From a virus: a stretch of DNA of 64,000 nt. Both the position numbers and the translations under genes were made by a program. Below the pieces are notes generated by a model. The model made no database searches. It was not told the origin of the DNA and saw only the letters and a program-made list of their open reading frames with translations. The stretch spans positions 1-64,000 of IMG/VR virus record IMGVR_UViG_3300045911_000155; one strand, 5' to 3'. The first letter of the stretch is position 1; each line of letters begins with the position of its first letter. This document shows positions 1-10,313 of the stretch, piece by piece.

Positions 1-70
1 TTTTGTGGATTGACTTGGATCACAACCAAAATTTAGCATGTGCTGTCACGGGGTAAATTGGGAACACGAC

Positions 71-1786
71 ATGATATTCCAAGCATCCGAACAACAGATG
101 AATATCTTCCGTTGGGTGCGCGATGGGGAAGGACACGCAATGGTCCAAGCCCTTGCGGGTACCGGAAAAACCACCACGATCATTGAAGCGATCCGCTATA
201 TGCAAGGGTCGGTCGCATTGGTGGCATACAACAAGAAGATCGCAGAAGAACTTCAAGCCAAGATCAAAAACAGGATGGGCAAGAAGCGCGAAGACATGCG
301 CGCCGGTACATTCCACTCTTTCGGCTTTTCGGCGTGGATTCGACGGCATCCCGGCATGAAGATGGAAGGCGACAGCGAAAGGTCGGTTGGGTACTGGAAA
401 TGGGATCGTATCCTTGAGTTGTTAGAGATCCCCAAACCCGACAAACCCTTGTCCCGTTGCGCGCGCAAGCTGTTGAGCTTGGCAAAACAGTACGGCTTCG
501 GCATCGAAGGTATTGAGCCGGACGACAATCCCGCCCGGTGGAAGTGGTTGTTCGATCATTTCAACCTTCAGGACGAACTGTTCGACGAAGACACCGGATA
601 TATGCCCAAGCCGGATGAGATTGAGAAGTTGATGAAGGTCGCCATTGTGCTGGCCCGGCGCGCCTTACTCAAAGGCATCGAGATTGCCCCGGAAGTCATT
701 GACTTCGACGACATGTTGTATATGCCGCTCCGGGAGCCTACGTGCCGCATCTGGCAGTACGATTGGGTCTTGATCGATGAATGTCAGGACAGCAACCCGG
801 TGCGCCGGATGTTCGCGAAAAAGATGATGCGTGCCGAAGGTCGATCCATCTGGATTGGTGACCAGAATCAGGCGATCTATGGTTTCGGCGGCGCGGACTC
901 AGAGTCTATGAATGTGATTCAAGAGCAATTCTCTCCGACGCTCTTCCCGCTCACGACAACCTATCGTTGTTCGCTTGCAGTCGTCCGCTACGCCCGCCAA
1001 TGGACGCCGGACATGGAACCACGCCCCGAAGCCCCGGAAGGCGCTGTAAAGACCATTGAAGCGGAGAAGCTGTTGGGAGAAGACTTGAAGAACAGCGACG
1101 CGATCCTCTGCCGGAATACCGCCCCGCTGGTCGATCTGGCCTTGAAGCTGATCCGGTCTGGACGCGGCTGTAAGGTCGAAGGCCGGGACATTGGTCAGAA
1201 TCTCTGGAAGCTGGCCGAACGGTGGAAACGAGTAAAGACGGTTCAGATCCTTGCGGAGCGGCTGAAGGAATACCGCAATGTCCAAGTCGCCATCTTGAAG
1301 AAGCGCGGCAAAGACATGCAAGCCGAACAGGTTGGTGATACGGTTGATAGTCTGTTGGCGATCATCGAATCTCTCCCGTCCCACGCGACGCTGTGGGATC
1401 TGCGTCAAAAAATCAACGGGATGTTCGGCGACACGGAAGCCGGGAAGCCGCAAACCCTGTTGACCTTGAGCACGATTCACAAGGCGAAGGGTAGGGAGTG
1501 GCCGCGTGTTTTCTGGTGGGGTTACAATGTGTATAACCCTTCGCCCTACGCCACACAGGAGTGGGAGAAGGAACAAGAAGAGAACCTGATGTATGTTGCC
1601 GCGACGCGGCCCATCGATACGTTGGTCAAAGTCTTTTTGAAAGCGAAGAAGGAAGAGAAGCCGGTGTACACTTTGGATGACTTCGACGATCATCACCCTT
1701 CGTATGAAATGGACGATGACGACCGCCCGAAGTGGAACGACATGACCTATCGGAAAACGTTGATTCAACAAGGGCTGATGGATTGA
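71..1786 (+). CDS. SF1 UvrD/Rep-like helicase
   Basis: Walker A ALAGTGKTT, motif II LIDECQD, IGDQNQAIYGF, TYRC, LSTIHKAKGREW, YVAATR; start taken at ATG 71. Confidence 0.93.
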   Translation: MIFQASEQQMNIFRWVRDGEGHAMVQALAGTGKTTTIIEAIRYMQGSVALVAYNKKIAEELQAKIKNRMGKKREDMRAGTFHSFGFSAWIRRHPGMKMEGDSERSVGYWKWDRILELLEIPKPDKPLSRCARKLLSLAKQYGFGIEGIEPDDNPARWKWLFDHFNLQDELFDEDTGYMPKPDEIEKLMKVAIVLARRALLKGIEIAPEVIDFDDMLYMPLREPTCRIWQYDWVLIDECQDSNPVRRMFAKKMMRAEGRSIWIGDQNQAIYGFGGADSESMNVIQEQFSPTLFPLTTTYRCSLAVVRYARQWTPDMEPRPEAPEGAVKTIEAEKLLGEDLKNSDAILCRNTAPLVDLALKLIRSGRGCKVEGRDIGQNLWKLAERWKRVKTVQILAERLKEYRNVQVAILKKRGKDMQAEQVGDTVDSLLAIIESLPSHATLWDLRQKINGMFGDTEAGKPQTLLTLSTIHKAKGREWPRVFWWGYNVYNPSPYATQEWEKEQEENLMYVAATRPIDTLVKVFLKAKKEEKPVYTLDDFDDHHPSYEMDDDDRPKWNDMTYRKTLIQQGLMD

Positions 1787-1823
1787 CATACAATCCAAAA
1801 TCGGGTATGATGAAGGACACAAT

Positions 1824-2282
1824 ATGAGCAACCCTCTTGGTCGGTTTCTGGAAGCGCTTGGTGGCGGTGGCCGCTCCGCTCCGCGCAATGATGTCTACAT
1901 GCCCGATTGGGCGATGGTTTCCCGAAAGGCGGAAGTGCTGACGGAAATGCGCGCATCGGGTGAACATATGGCCGCGCACGCCTGTACGTGCAATTCGCTC
2001 GAATGCACCTTGCACTTCACGGAAGAGCCGACATGGATCACGCCGGACTACTTCCTCAAGTACGTGGAGTACACGCTTGAGGAATCCCTGAAATCGGTGA
2101 AGGATTCCGAAGAGGCGGATTCCACGCGGGAAGAGATCCAAATCTACCTGAGTCAGTGGCGGATGATGACGCCGGACCAGATCATGCGGGACCCGCGCTA
2201 CCGGGCCTTCATGGTCGGCTTCGACAGCAAGTTGCTGAACTACATCATCCAGCATCACAGCTATCGCGTCCCCAAGCACTAA
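1824..2282 (+). CDS. hypothetical protein
   Basis: TTGACA-17-TATGAT promoter at 1783, AAGGA SD, downstream hairpin 2305-2330. Confidence 0.7.
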   Translation: MSNPLGRFLEALGGGGRSAPRNDVYMPDWAMVSRKAEVLTEMRASGEHMAAHACTCNSLECTLHFTEEPTWITPDYFLKYVEYTLEESLKSVKDSEEADSTREEIQIYLSQWRMMTPDQIMRDPRYRAFMVGFDSKLLNYIIQHHSYRVPKH

Positions 2283-2692
2283 CGCGCGGTTTTAGTTTCA
2301 AAGGACCCCGGAAGGCATACTCCTTCCGGGGTATGAATTTTTCATGGGTCAAATTTTCCACAGGTGGTGTCGTGACCACGCTTTACACGACTATGCTCAA
2401 ACGATGGTGTTGGCGAAGTTAATGGCCGGGTGCCCTATTGATGTCAAACACAGTTGTCCGAAATGTTTGAAAGAGAAGAATCGTCAAGCGAAGTCTCTCT
2501 TTTCAGCGCTCCGACAAATAAGCCCGGCCCCTTCGGAATTCTATGTTGATCGCTATGCAAAGCAACAACAACGGCATCAGGCGCATCGGAATTTTTTAGA
2601 GGCGAAAGAGAAATACGGCAAACCGTTCACATGGTACAGCCGACAGTTTGGGGTGAGTCTCTATATGATTCGGGAATGGTGGGACGTAGAAG

Positions 2693-3016
2693 CTAAGCGC
2701 GGGCGGGCGAAGACCGCTCCAACAAAGTCTTCAGCCGGGGCAGCAAAGAGCCAGAAGACGCCAATGTCGTGTTGATCCATTCCGCCGCTTCGTTACTGGC
2801 ATCGAAGGTCACAGTGCGAATGGGGAAGTGTTCTTGCAGTTTCTTCACGCCATCCGATTTCATGTACTGTTCGATGTATTCCGCCGGGCCGTGTTTCAGC
2901 ACGGTGCCGCTTTCAGCATCGAACATCAGACTGACTTGTTGGCACATGAATCTAAGGTTGTTTTCTGTGCCGAAATAGAACGATCCGTATTCGACGCGGT
3001 AGCTGGCAAGCTGCAT
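2693..3016 (-). CDS. hypothetical protein
   Basis: ORF with phage-like codon use; start uncertain. Confidence 0.5.
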   Translation of the reverse strand: MQLASYRVEYGSFYFGTENNLRFMCQQVSLMFDAESGTVLKHGPAEYIEQYMKSDGVKKLQEHFPIRTVTFDASNEAAEWINTTLASSGSLLPRLKTLLERSSPARA

Positions 3017-3037
3017 ACCTGATATAATATCACTGAC

Positions 3038-3388
3038 ATGCAATTCACGCAAAGCAAAGAATGGCTGGAAAGAATGGCAGCGGCGGAAGACGAAGGCGAC
3101 ATCACCGTCATCTCTCCAACGTTCCGGGCCTTCATGGAAGCGACCGGCCCATATACGGTCCATGTCGCCGGGACGACCCGACTGGTCACCGACGAAGCCC
3201 GCTATACCGATTTCGAGAAAGCCGTCGCGCACGCGCGGGCGCTATCCGGGTGGAGCATCAAAGCTGAAATCCGCGACGAACCCACCGGGAACGTCGTCCA
3301 CGAAATTCAGCCGTATAATCAAGAGAAGTGGGCAGAATACCAGCGCGAACATGGGCTGGTGCCCGAAACCACATGCGAACCTTCGTAA
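3038..3388 (+). CDS. hypothetical protein
   Basis: TATAAT just upstream; overlaps next gene. Confidence 0.65.
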   Translation: MQFTQSKEWLERMAAAEDEGDITVISPTFRAFMEATGPYTVHVAGTTRLVTDEARYTDFEKAVAHARALSGWSIKAEIRDEPTGNVVHEIQPYNQEKWAEYQREHGLVPETTCEPS

Positions 3389-3873
3389 TCTCCGACACCC
3401 ATTTCTACCACAAGAACATCATCCATTATTGCGACCGGCCCTTCAGCGATCCGCATCACATGAACGAAGTGCTGGTCGCGAATTGGAACAGCGTCGTCAA
3501 TCCCGATGATGTGGTCTTGCACGTGGGAGATTTCGCGATGGGTCCCAAGGAAAACTGGCCGATCATTCGCAAGCGACTCAATGGCCGGATCATCTTGCAC
3601 CGTGGCAACCACGACAAGGACGCCGCGTTCATGCGGAACATCGGAATCGACGAAGTGTATGAAAACCGAGTCATCGAACACAACGGGGTGACCCTTTTCC
3701 TGAACCATTTCCCGGAGTTCACGGAACGCAAGGCGGATTATCACCTGTATGGTCACGTGCATAACCAGACGCCGGGCAATCAGCCGAAGTGGGCGCGGAA
3801 CATGTCCGTCGAAGTGATCGGTTACACGCCGATGCTTTTGGATCAAGTCGTAGCGGAGTTTACAGCGGCGTAA
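3373..3873 (+). CDS. calcineurin-like metallophosphoesterase
   Basis: SDTHF, HVGDF, GNHD, NH, YGHVH metal motifs. Confidence 0.92.
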   Translation: MRTFVISDTHFYHKNIIHYCDRPFSDPHHMNEVLVANWNSVVNPDDVVLHVGDFAMGPKENWPIIRKRLNGRIILHRGNHDKDAAFMRNIGIDEVYENRVIEHNGVTLFLNHFPEFTERKADYHLYGHVHNQTPGNQPKWARNMSVEVIGYTPMLLDQVVAEFTAA

Positions 3874-3892
3874 CTAGGGGTACCATGTATTC

Positions 3893-4864
3893 ATGGCAAC
3901 CCTCATTCAGCAGTACACTAACCACATCGGGTTTGTCGTTGACCGTAGCGGTTCGATGCGTCATCTGTCACAGCGCGTGATTGAAGTTTTTGACGCACAA
4001 ATCGCGCATTTGCGCCGCCGGTAAATCGAACTCAATCAAGAAACCCGCGTATCTGTCTACCTGTTCGACGATCATGTCGAATGCGTCGTCTTCGACATGG
4101 ACGTGATGCGCCCCATTTCGCTGGCTCAACTTTACACGGTGCGCGGTTCGACGGCGCTCATGGACGCATCCGGTCAGGCGATCACTGAAATGCGCCAGAT
4201 CCCGGAGTTGCACAGCGACCATGCTTTTCTTCTCTATGCTCTCACGGACGGCGAAGAGAATCAGTCGCGCCGCTTCACGCCCGCCAAGCTGAACACGCTC
4301 ATCAACGGGTTGCCGGACAATTGGACCGTCGCCGCGTTGGTGCCGGACTCCAAAGGCCGGTTCGAAGCGAAGAAGGCCGGGTTCCCCGAAGGCAACATCG
4401 AAATCTGGTCCACCACGGCTGTCGGCATCGAAACCGCCGGTAAGACGATGACCACCGCGACCGACACCTTCATGACGAATCGCGCCAAGGGCATCCGTTC
4501 GACCCGCAACCTGTTCAAGATGGACATGGCCGGGGTGAGCACCAAGGACGTTGCCAGCAAGCTGCAAGAACTCAAGAAGGACAAGTACGCGATCTACAGC
4601 GTCGGTTCGACCAGCGAAATTCGCACTTTCATCGAAAACGAAAGCGGGAAGGTCTACGTCAAGGGTTCGGCTTACTACCGGCTGGATAAGCCGGAAACGG
4701 TGCAAGCCAGCAAGAGCATCGCGGTGCGCAACCGCAAGAGCGGGAAGGTCTACAGCGGCGCGGCGGCACGTCAAGTGCTTGGATTGCCGGACTACGAAAT
4801 CCGCGTCGCGCCGGTGACGGTGTTCGATTGGAAGTTCGGGGTGTCCGGGAAAAGTGGCTGTTGA
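3893..4864 (+). pseudogene. vWA-domain protein with in-frame TAA at 4022-4024
   Basis: MIDAS motif VVDRSGSM after ATG 3893 is in frame with ORF 4097-4864, which has LTDGEEN; single internal stop. Confidence 0.8.
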
Positions 4865-5140
4865 AATTTGAAGACCACTTTCGCATCCTGATCTATGACA
4901 AGCACACTCAGCGGATCGTGACGGTCTATCCGACCGATTCCCTTCTATCGCACCCGATCCCTTGGACCGGCGCGGTATTGCGCCAGTACGATCAGCGGAT
5001 CATGCAAGAGATCCAGTCCCGGCGAATGATGGTTCTCTGGCGCAACAAGGGCATCGAATACTTGCGGGTCCATGTAGATGAACTAGCCTTTCATGTCGGA
5101 TATGATGTCCGGCACAAAAGGCTAGTTCGATTCAAACAGC

Positions 5141-6550
5141 CTAGCAATCCTTCTGTTCACACTCCGGTGGATTCGGATCGGGCTTCTCTTCCGGTTCCGG
5201 GTCCGGCCCGGATTCATTCCGGCCTTCTTTCATTCCCAACGGTGCCGGGAACGGAGGAACAACCGGGGATTCGGGCGATTTCGGACTTGATGTCGATCCC
5301 TTGCCCGAATTCCAGTGAATGTTCGGAGCATCACCTGACAGTGTTCCGCCGGATGCCATGATGAAGGTGCCACCGGCGGATTGCTTGATCTGCCCGCCCG
5401 CGATGTCAAACATTGCTCCACCGGAGTGCCGGTCGCTGATACCGCCAGCATGCATGCTGTGATTGCCGCCAACTTCGATCTTGTCGAAACCGCCAATCTT
5501 CTCAGTCTGACTGCCGTCGATGTCAATGTACCGGTTCCCGTGGATCTTCTCCGTGTAGTCGCCTTGTACGTGTACGTTCATGTTGCCGTCCACCTGAATG
5601 TTCAGATCGTCCCGGCAATAGATGTTCATCTCTCCGTCGCTGGTGATATTCGTCGCGTTCTGGAAGTGAACATATGCGTTCTCCATGACCGTGATGAATA
5701 CCTTCCCCACAATCTTCAATTGCATGTCGCCTTCCTTGCCCGGCGCGTTCGTGATTTCCGCGTAGCTCCCCGACTTGTGATAGATGTGGATGCGCTCCGC
5801 GTTCGGCGTGTCATCGAATTCGACGATGTGGCCGGACTCTGACTCGAACACGTGATTGTAGGGATACCGGGCCGCATACGTTGGTTCCGGCTCAACCCAC
5901 TTCCGGGCCGGGCGCGGGTGGACGAACGCAATCGGGATGCCGCCAAACTCTTTCGGACGGCCCACGTCGCGCTGACGCTTGCGGACGCCCATGATCGTGT
6001 CGTCCACCTTCTCCACGATTGCAAGGCGGTTGATGTCGTTCTCTCCGACGACAGCGCCCCACGGGTGCTTCTGTCGCGGGTACAGATCCGGGATGGACTC
6101 TTGTTTCAGTTGTGCGCCGGTGCCGTCGTTCGGGTAGTAGCGATAACGGATCTTCCGGGGTGCCTGTGGCAGTTCATGGAACGGTAAGGATGGGTCAAAG
6201 AAGCCAATGCAAGGCTGTGGAGCCTCTTCCGGGATGCCGTGGATAGTTCCGAATACCGTCAGGTCTTGCGCCGCGTGTGAGTCACGCATGAAGCCGTAAA
6301 CCCATGTTCCTTCGACCGGCCCCATCGGGCTGTGACCAAGGCCATTCATGGCGGCGTTCCACGGTGCGGGCTGATAGACGTAGGCCCAATGAAGTTCGCA
6401 TGTGGGAATGAGTTGTTTGTCTTCCGTGTGCATGCCAAGCACGCGCACGCGAAGCCGTCCCAACTTCATCGGGTCCCGGCGATCTTCGACAACACCGACC
6501 CACCAGACAAAACCTTCGAAGCCCATCAAATGCTGATCGTGTACTTTCAC
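5141..6550 (-). CDS. gp5: baseplate hub / central spike gp5 (no lysozyme domain)
   Basis: OB fold WWVGVVEDRRDPMKLGRLRVRV, YPYNHVFESESGH-EFDDTP-ERI-H-SG, C-terminal beta-helix repeats. Confidence 0.95.
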   Translation of the reverse strand: MKVHDQHLMGFEGFVWWVGVVEDRRDPMKLGRLRVRVLGMHTEDKQLIPTCELHWAYVYQPAPWNAAMNGLGHSPMGPVEGTWVYGFMRDSHAAQDLTVFGTIHGIPEEAPQPCIGFFDPSLPFHELPQAPRKIRYRYYPNDGTGAQLKQESIPDLYPRQKHPWGAVVGENDINRLAIVEKVDDTIMGVRKRQRDVGRPKEFGGIPIAFVHPRPARKWVEPEPTYAARYPYNHVFESESGHIVEFDDTPNAERIHIYHKSGSYAEITNAPGKEGDMQLKIVGKVFITVMENAYVHFQNATNITSDGEMNIYCRDDLNIQVDGNMNVHVQGDYTEKIHGNRYIDIDGSQTEKIGGFDKIEVGGNHSMHAGGISDRHSGGAMFDIAGGQIKQSAGGTFIMASGGTLSGDAPNIHWNSGKGSTSSPKSPESPVVPPFPAPLGMKEGRNESGPDPEPEEKPDPNPPECEQKDC

Positions 6551-6573
6551 GATCAGTACTTAGAGGCGAAGCG

Positions 6574-6783
6574 TTAGGCGGTCTGGCCTTCCAGACCCTC
6601 AAAGAACTTCGTGACGCACGGCTCACAAGTCGCGCCTTGCTCCCACTCAGCGCGCGTCCAAGCGTTCGTGCATTGGGCGGCGCTCCACTGGCAGTTGCAA
6701 ACGTGGCACTTGGTCGGTGCTTGGACCGGCTCAACAACCGGCGCGGCGAACAGGGCAGCGAAGAAGTTCATCAGTTGGGTCAT
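6574..6783 (-). CDS. small Cys-motif hypothetical protein
   Basis: CxxC...CxxC; GGAGAGAG SD. Confidence 0.55.
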   Translation of the reverse strand: MTQLMNFFAALFAAPVVEPVQAPTKCHVCNCQWSAAQCTNAWTRAEWEQGATCEPCVTKFFEGLEGQTA

Positions 6784-6821
6784 TTCGTTTCTCTCTCCAT
6801 CAAGAGGGAAATTGAGAAAAC

Positions 6822-6848
6822 AAAAAGCCGGACCCGAAGGCCCGGCTT
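6822..6848 (-). terminator. intrinsic terminator
   Basis: AAGCCGG..CCGGCTT hairpin followed by T-tract on minus strand. Confidence 0.75.
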
Positions 6849-6867
6849 GGCTAGAGTTCAGTTACGG

Positions 6868-7035
6868 TTAACGGCAGACGGTGGTTTCCCAACAGAAACC
6901 GAACCAGCAAATCGTTTCAGTAGATTCGATGCAGTTGATCGGTTCCACCGGCGGCGGCGGGAACGGCCCGAAGCCATAGACGGTCGAAATGGTCAGACCG
7001 GCCAACAGAACGGCACACGCAAGGATCTTCTTCAT
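6868..7035 (-). CDS. secreted 4-Cys peptide (paralog of 19330-19500)
   Basis: signal peptide MKKILACAVLLAGLTISTVYG; mature FGPFPPPPVE..C..CWFGFC..C; GGAG SD; GATAAATACT promoter at 7101-7110. Confidence 0.8.
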   Translation of the reverse strand: MKKILACAVLLAGLTISTVYGFGPFPPPPVEPINCIESTETICWFGFCWETTVCR

Positions 7036-7115
7036 TTTGTTGTGTTTTCTCCGATAGTTCGCCCCAAGGAAGGAACTGCAAGGGTGGGGTGAACCTGAGA
7101 AGTATTTATCAAAAA

Positions 7116-7148
7116 TCAAACGCCCCGGCGGGTTGCCGGGGCGTTTGA
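7116..7148 (-). terminator. hairpin terminator
   Basis: TCAAACGCCCCGGC..GCCGGGGCGTTTGA inverted repeat. Confidence 0.7.
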
Positions 7149-7186
7149 CGGTAGTGGCTTTGTTGTGACTTGAAGAGAGACGACGG

Positions 7187-7378
7187 CTACTTCGACATTG
7201 GGTCGTAGCAGCGGCCACTACCAGAACTTTTGCAGGGGACGATGTTGATGGGATTCGCGGCGTGGTTGGTCGCGGCGACGATCTTGTTGCCGACGCTCTT
7301 GATCTGTGCGACAAACGGATTGGACACCAGTCCAAGGACGCACGCGGCGAAGGCGATCAAAACGGCTTTTTCAATCAT
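7187..7378 (-). CDS. small membrane/secreted protein, Flp-pilin-like pattern
   Basis: MIEKAVLIAF hydrophobic helix followed by amphipathic helix; coupled to upstream ORF. Confidence 0.5.
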   Translation of the reverse strand: MIEKAVLIAFAACVLGLVSNPFVAQIKSVGNKIVAATNHAANPINIVPCKSSGSGRCYDPMSK

Positions 7379-7613
7379 GCTCCCTACCTTTCAATTTCAT
7401 TATCTCGTTTTCCGAACGGTTTGTCAAGAGGTCCTGTAATTCTTTTCGAGATACCTTGACGATCTGCCCGGCTATCAACATCGTCAGAAAACCGATCACG
7501 GCGATTCCATACTGACCATACACGATGTTCGTACCAAACACATACCCACCCATGCCGATGACGAAGAGACTCACCGCATACAATAGCACCGCATGGAAGA
7601 CTTTCCAGATCAT
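7371..7613 (-). CDS. two-TM membrane protein
   Basis: two hydrophobic stretches; ATGA coupling. Confidence 0.6.
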   Translation of the reverse strand: MIWKVFHAVLLYAVSLFVIGMGGYVFGTNIVYGQYGIAVIGFLTMLIAGQIVKVSRKELQDLLTNRSENEIMKLKGREHD

Positions 7614-7813
7614 TCGGCCATCTCTTCGGCCAGCCGCTCGAAGATTTCCCGTGCCCGCCCTTCTGAGGGAAAGTCTTGCCGCATTTCACCTTGCTTGGTG
7701 ACGGCGACGACGTGATATTGACGACCGCACAACGGATGATGCCACACTTCCAAAGAAGTGCCGGGTTTGGCATTTTTCAACCACACCAGCCGTCTGGAAA
7801 GTTCCTGACTCAT
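7610..7813 (-). CDS. hypothetical protein
   Basis: part of coupled early operon. Confidence 0.55.
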   Translation of the reverse strand: MSQELSRRLVWLKNAKPGTSLEVWHHPLCGRQYHVVAVTKQGEMRQDFPSEGRAREIFERLAEEMAE

Positions 7814-7849
7814 ATGACCTACTTTACCGTGCCGGGGACATCGGCAAAA

Positions 7850-8119
7850 TCATTTTCCGTAGTCCCCGATCAAGCTCACGATGATGCGCTCGAAGTATTC
7901 GCGGAAGGTGACGCCATTTCCCGCAACAACGTTCAAATCGGCACGGGAGAAGCTGAAGATGAAAGAGATCAATGAGCACTTGTGCTGGCGAAGCCACTGG
8001 ACGTAGTAGAACTTCCATTCGTTGCTTTCATACGGCCAGTGTTCCTTCATCAGCCGTTCCATATCGGCGGGGAACGCCAGTTCGTCGGCAAACTTGAGTT
8101 GTTCGAGCGTGAATTTCAT
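7850..8119 (-). CDS. hypothetical protein
   Basis: AGAGG SD; within early operon. Confidence 0.55.
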   Translation of the reverse strand: MKFTLEQLKFADELAFPADMERLMKEHWPYESNEWKFYYVQWLRQHKCSLISFIFSFSRADLNVVAGNGVTFREYFERIIVSLIGDYGK

Positions 8120-8128
8120 GGGACCCTC

Positions 8129-8425
8129 TTAGTTGACGTATTCGGCCAGCTTCGCGGCTTCGGCGGCGGCTTCTTCCCGGCCAAACACGCCCCGGAGTTT
8201 GTAGGTCGCACCGTTGAGCTTCACCACCGTCCAAACCTGACCGTTGATGTCTTCGCCCCGGTAGTTTTCTTCGGCGCGGTCAGTCGCACCCATCAGGGCG
8301 CACACGGCATTGTAGGGCTTGGTCGCGGCTTCGAGTTCGGTCATCACCGGCTCACCGGCGCTCAAGCGGGTGAACAACCCGGCAACGTTCTGAAGGGCGG
8401 CGTCAAAAGTCTGTTGAAGTGTCAT
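8129..8425 (-). CDS. early hypothetical protein
   Basis: early promoter cassette TTGACATATAAGTC..TATTCT and GGAGAGACGAT-ATG. Confidence 0.75.
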   Translation of the reverse strand: MTLQQTFDAALQNVAGLFTRLSAGEPVMTELEAATKPYNAVCALMGATDRAEENYRGEDINGQVWTVVKLNGATYKLRGVFGREEAAAEAAKLAEYVN

Positions 8426-8487
8426 ATCGTCTCTCCATAGTCAGAATAGCAAGTCCTGACTTATATGTCAAGGGCTAAATATGCTTC

Positions 8488-8958
8488 ATGGCACTTTTTC
8501 CTTTACGGCAACGGCCAAAACTCGACTACAAGACACCGCCGCGTTCTTTTGGTTGCGCCCGCGACAAAGGAAGACGCAAGCATGCCGGTTGTGATCTGTA
8601 TGCGTCCATTGGAACGGAAGTGTTGGCGGTGGAAGACGGAGAGATCATCCAGCCGGTGTACTTCTTCTACCTTGGCACGTATGCCCTAGAAGTCCGCCAT
8701 GCGTCCGGCGTCGTTGTTCGGTATGGAGAGATCCAGAAGAACACTCCGAAGCCGTGGAAGGCCGGGGACAAGGTGACCGCCGGGGAAGTGCTTGGATACA
8801 TCGGACAACTGCAAGGCTTGCCCGTCGCCATGCTCCATTTCGAATTGTTCGACGGTTCCGCGTCGGGGCCGCTGACGGTGCGGTCGGAAGGCGGATTCCA
8901 GCGGCGATCTGATTTGATGGACCCAACTGCGTTTCTGGATGATTGTGTTGTGATCTAA
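8488..8958 (+). CDS. M23 family peptidoglycan endopeptidase
   Basis: HAGCDL (HxxxD), MLHFE, MDPT; late-type TAAATA 6 nt upstream. Confidence 0.88.
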   Translation: MALFPLRQRPKLDYKTPPRSFGCARDKGRRKHAGCDLYASIGTEVLAVEDGEIIQPVYFFYLGTYALEVRHASGVVVRYGEIQKNTPKPWKAGDKVTAGEVLGYIGQLQGLPVAMLHFELFDGSASGPLTVRSEGGFQRRSDLMDPTAFLDDCVVI

Positions 8959-8967
8959 GTAGTTTGC

Positions 8968-9988
8968 ATGGCATCGATCACGACGATTCAAGGGACAGAT
9001 TCCCTACGCGATAGCCGCGCGGTCATCAATACAAACTTCACCAACATCAACAATGAGTTGACGACCATCACCGGGTTGGGTGGCATTCCCGGCCCGACAG
9101 GTCCGGCGGGTCCGACTGGACCGATGGGAACCGGCATCACGTGGCGAAGTACGTGGAACAGCGCTACCGCATACGTGGCGAACGATGCTGTGACTTATGG
9201 TGGTCAGGCATGGGTGGCAATAGCTTCGAGCACGAATGTGACGCCCGGAACCGATGCATTGAAGTGGCAATCCTACATCAATTTCTCTTCGTTAGGTTCG
9301 GGTGCGATTTTGTCCGGGATAAACAGCATCGGCACCAGCGCAACCGACCGCTTCGAATATCGGATATCTTCCGACTGATGGCCCGTATCTGCAACATTCG
9401 GACGGTGCTGGATGGAATTACTTTGGGACGATGCGAAAGATGGTTCCGTTGAATGACAGTTCGTGGTCGTGGGTGAATCAAGGTGGAGCGGCCATGACAA
9501 CTGTTGGCAGTACCAAAATGATGACCGTTCCCGCGAATACAGGTGACAGTCTTCGTTGTCGTCTGCGCACTGTTCCGTCGCCGCCATACACGATCACGGC
9601 GATGGTTCTCAATGACTACTATCCAGCCAACTACTATCACACAGGAATTGTGCTCTATGACAGTGGCACGGGACGGCTACAGACATGGGGATATGGTTAC
9701 AACAGTGGCATGGCGCAAGCGGTTTATAACTGGTCGAACACGACGACGTATAATTCTACTCCCGGCGGCGCGCTGCAAATCCACACACCGTATACATTTT
9801 TTCGTGTGGTTGATGACGGCACCAATTTGACATTCTCTTCATCGACTCACGGGTTTGATTTTTCGAATGTCTTTTTCACGACCACACGGGCGGCGTGGAT
9901 CGGAACAATCACTGATATTGGTCTGATGTCTGACTGCAACAACAACCGACCGGGGAACATGCTGGTGTTGCATTGGGAAGTCACTTAA
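8968..9988 (+). CDS. tail fibre/appendage protein (collagen repeat, CBM-like repeat, C-terminal ConA/LamG-like domain), frameshifted near 9345
   Basis: GPTGPAGPTGP; WxxxWNSATAYVANDAVTY; second frame continues GYLPTDGPYLQ into ORF 9431-9988. Confidence 0.75.
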
Positions 9989-10275
9989 CCATTGGCGAAC
10001 ACGTTGGGTGATCCTGTGGCGACAGCATCGCCACAAGAAATGGGATCGGTGATCCGGCCCGCTTGTTTGTTGTTCACAAACACATTGGGCGACCCGCTTG
10101 TCAAAACACCGTCATGGCAAGCGGGTCCGCAACAGTGGGTAACCCAATGGTCGCCTTGCCGGTGCCACGGAATGTTGTTCACAAACACATTGGGGCTGGC
10201 AGTGTCATTCGGTCGCGAAGGAAAGCATGGAGGATGTCCGGTGGAAACGTCGCCAAGACGTGTAGCGGCTGGCAT
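9985..10275 (-). CDS. gp5.4: PAAR spike tip
   Basis: MPAATRLGD, H..H, SGSPNVFVN, CGD..ATGSPNVF. Confidence 0.95.
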   Translation of the reverse strand: MPAATRLGDVSTGHPPCFPSRPNDTASPNVFVNNIPWHRQGDHWVTHCCGPACHDGVLTSGSPNVFVNNKQAGRITDPISCGDAVATGSPNVFANG

Positions 10276-10313
10276 GTTCAGAATTTAGACCCGACGCTAA
10301 ATGGAAACCGAGT

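Noticed and set aside
4022-4024. Stop-codon reassignment
   Set aside because: TAA, TAG and TGA all terminate well-conserved genes here, and no suppressor tRNA was found.
3893-4864. Ro60/TROVE protein partner for the Y-like RNAs
   Set aside because: The vWA domain is N-terminal and there is no preceding TROVE helical domain.
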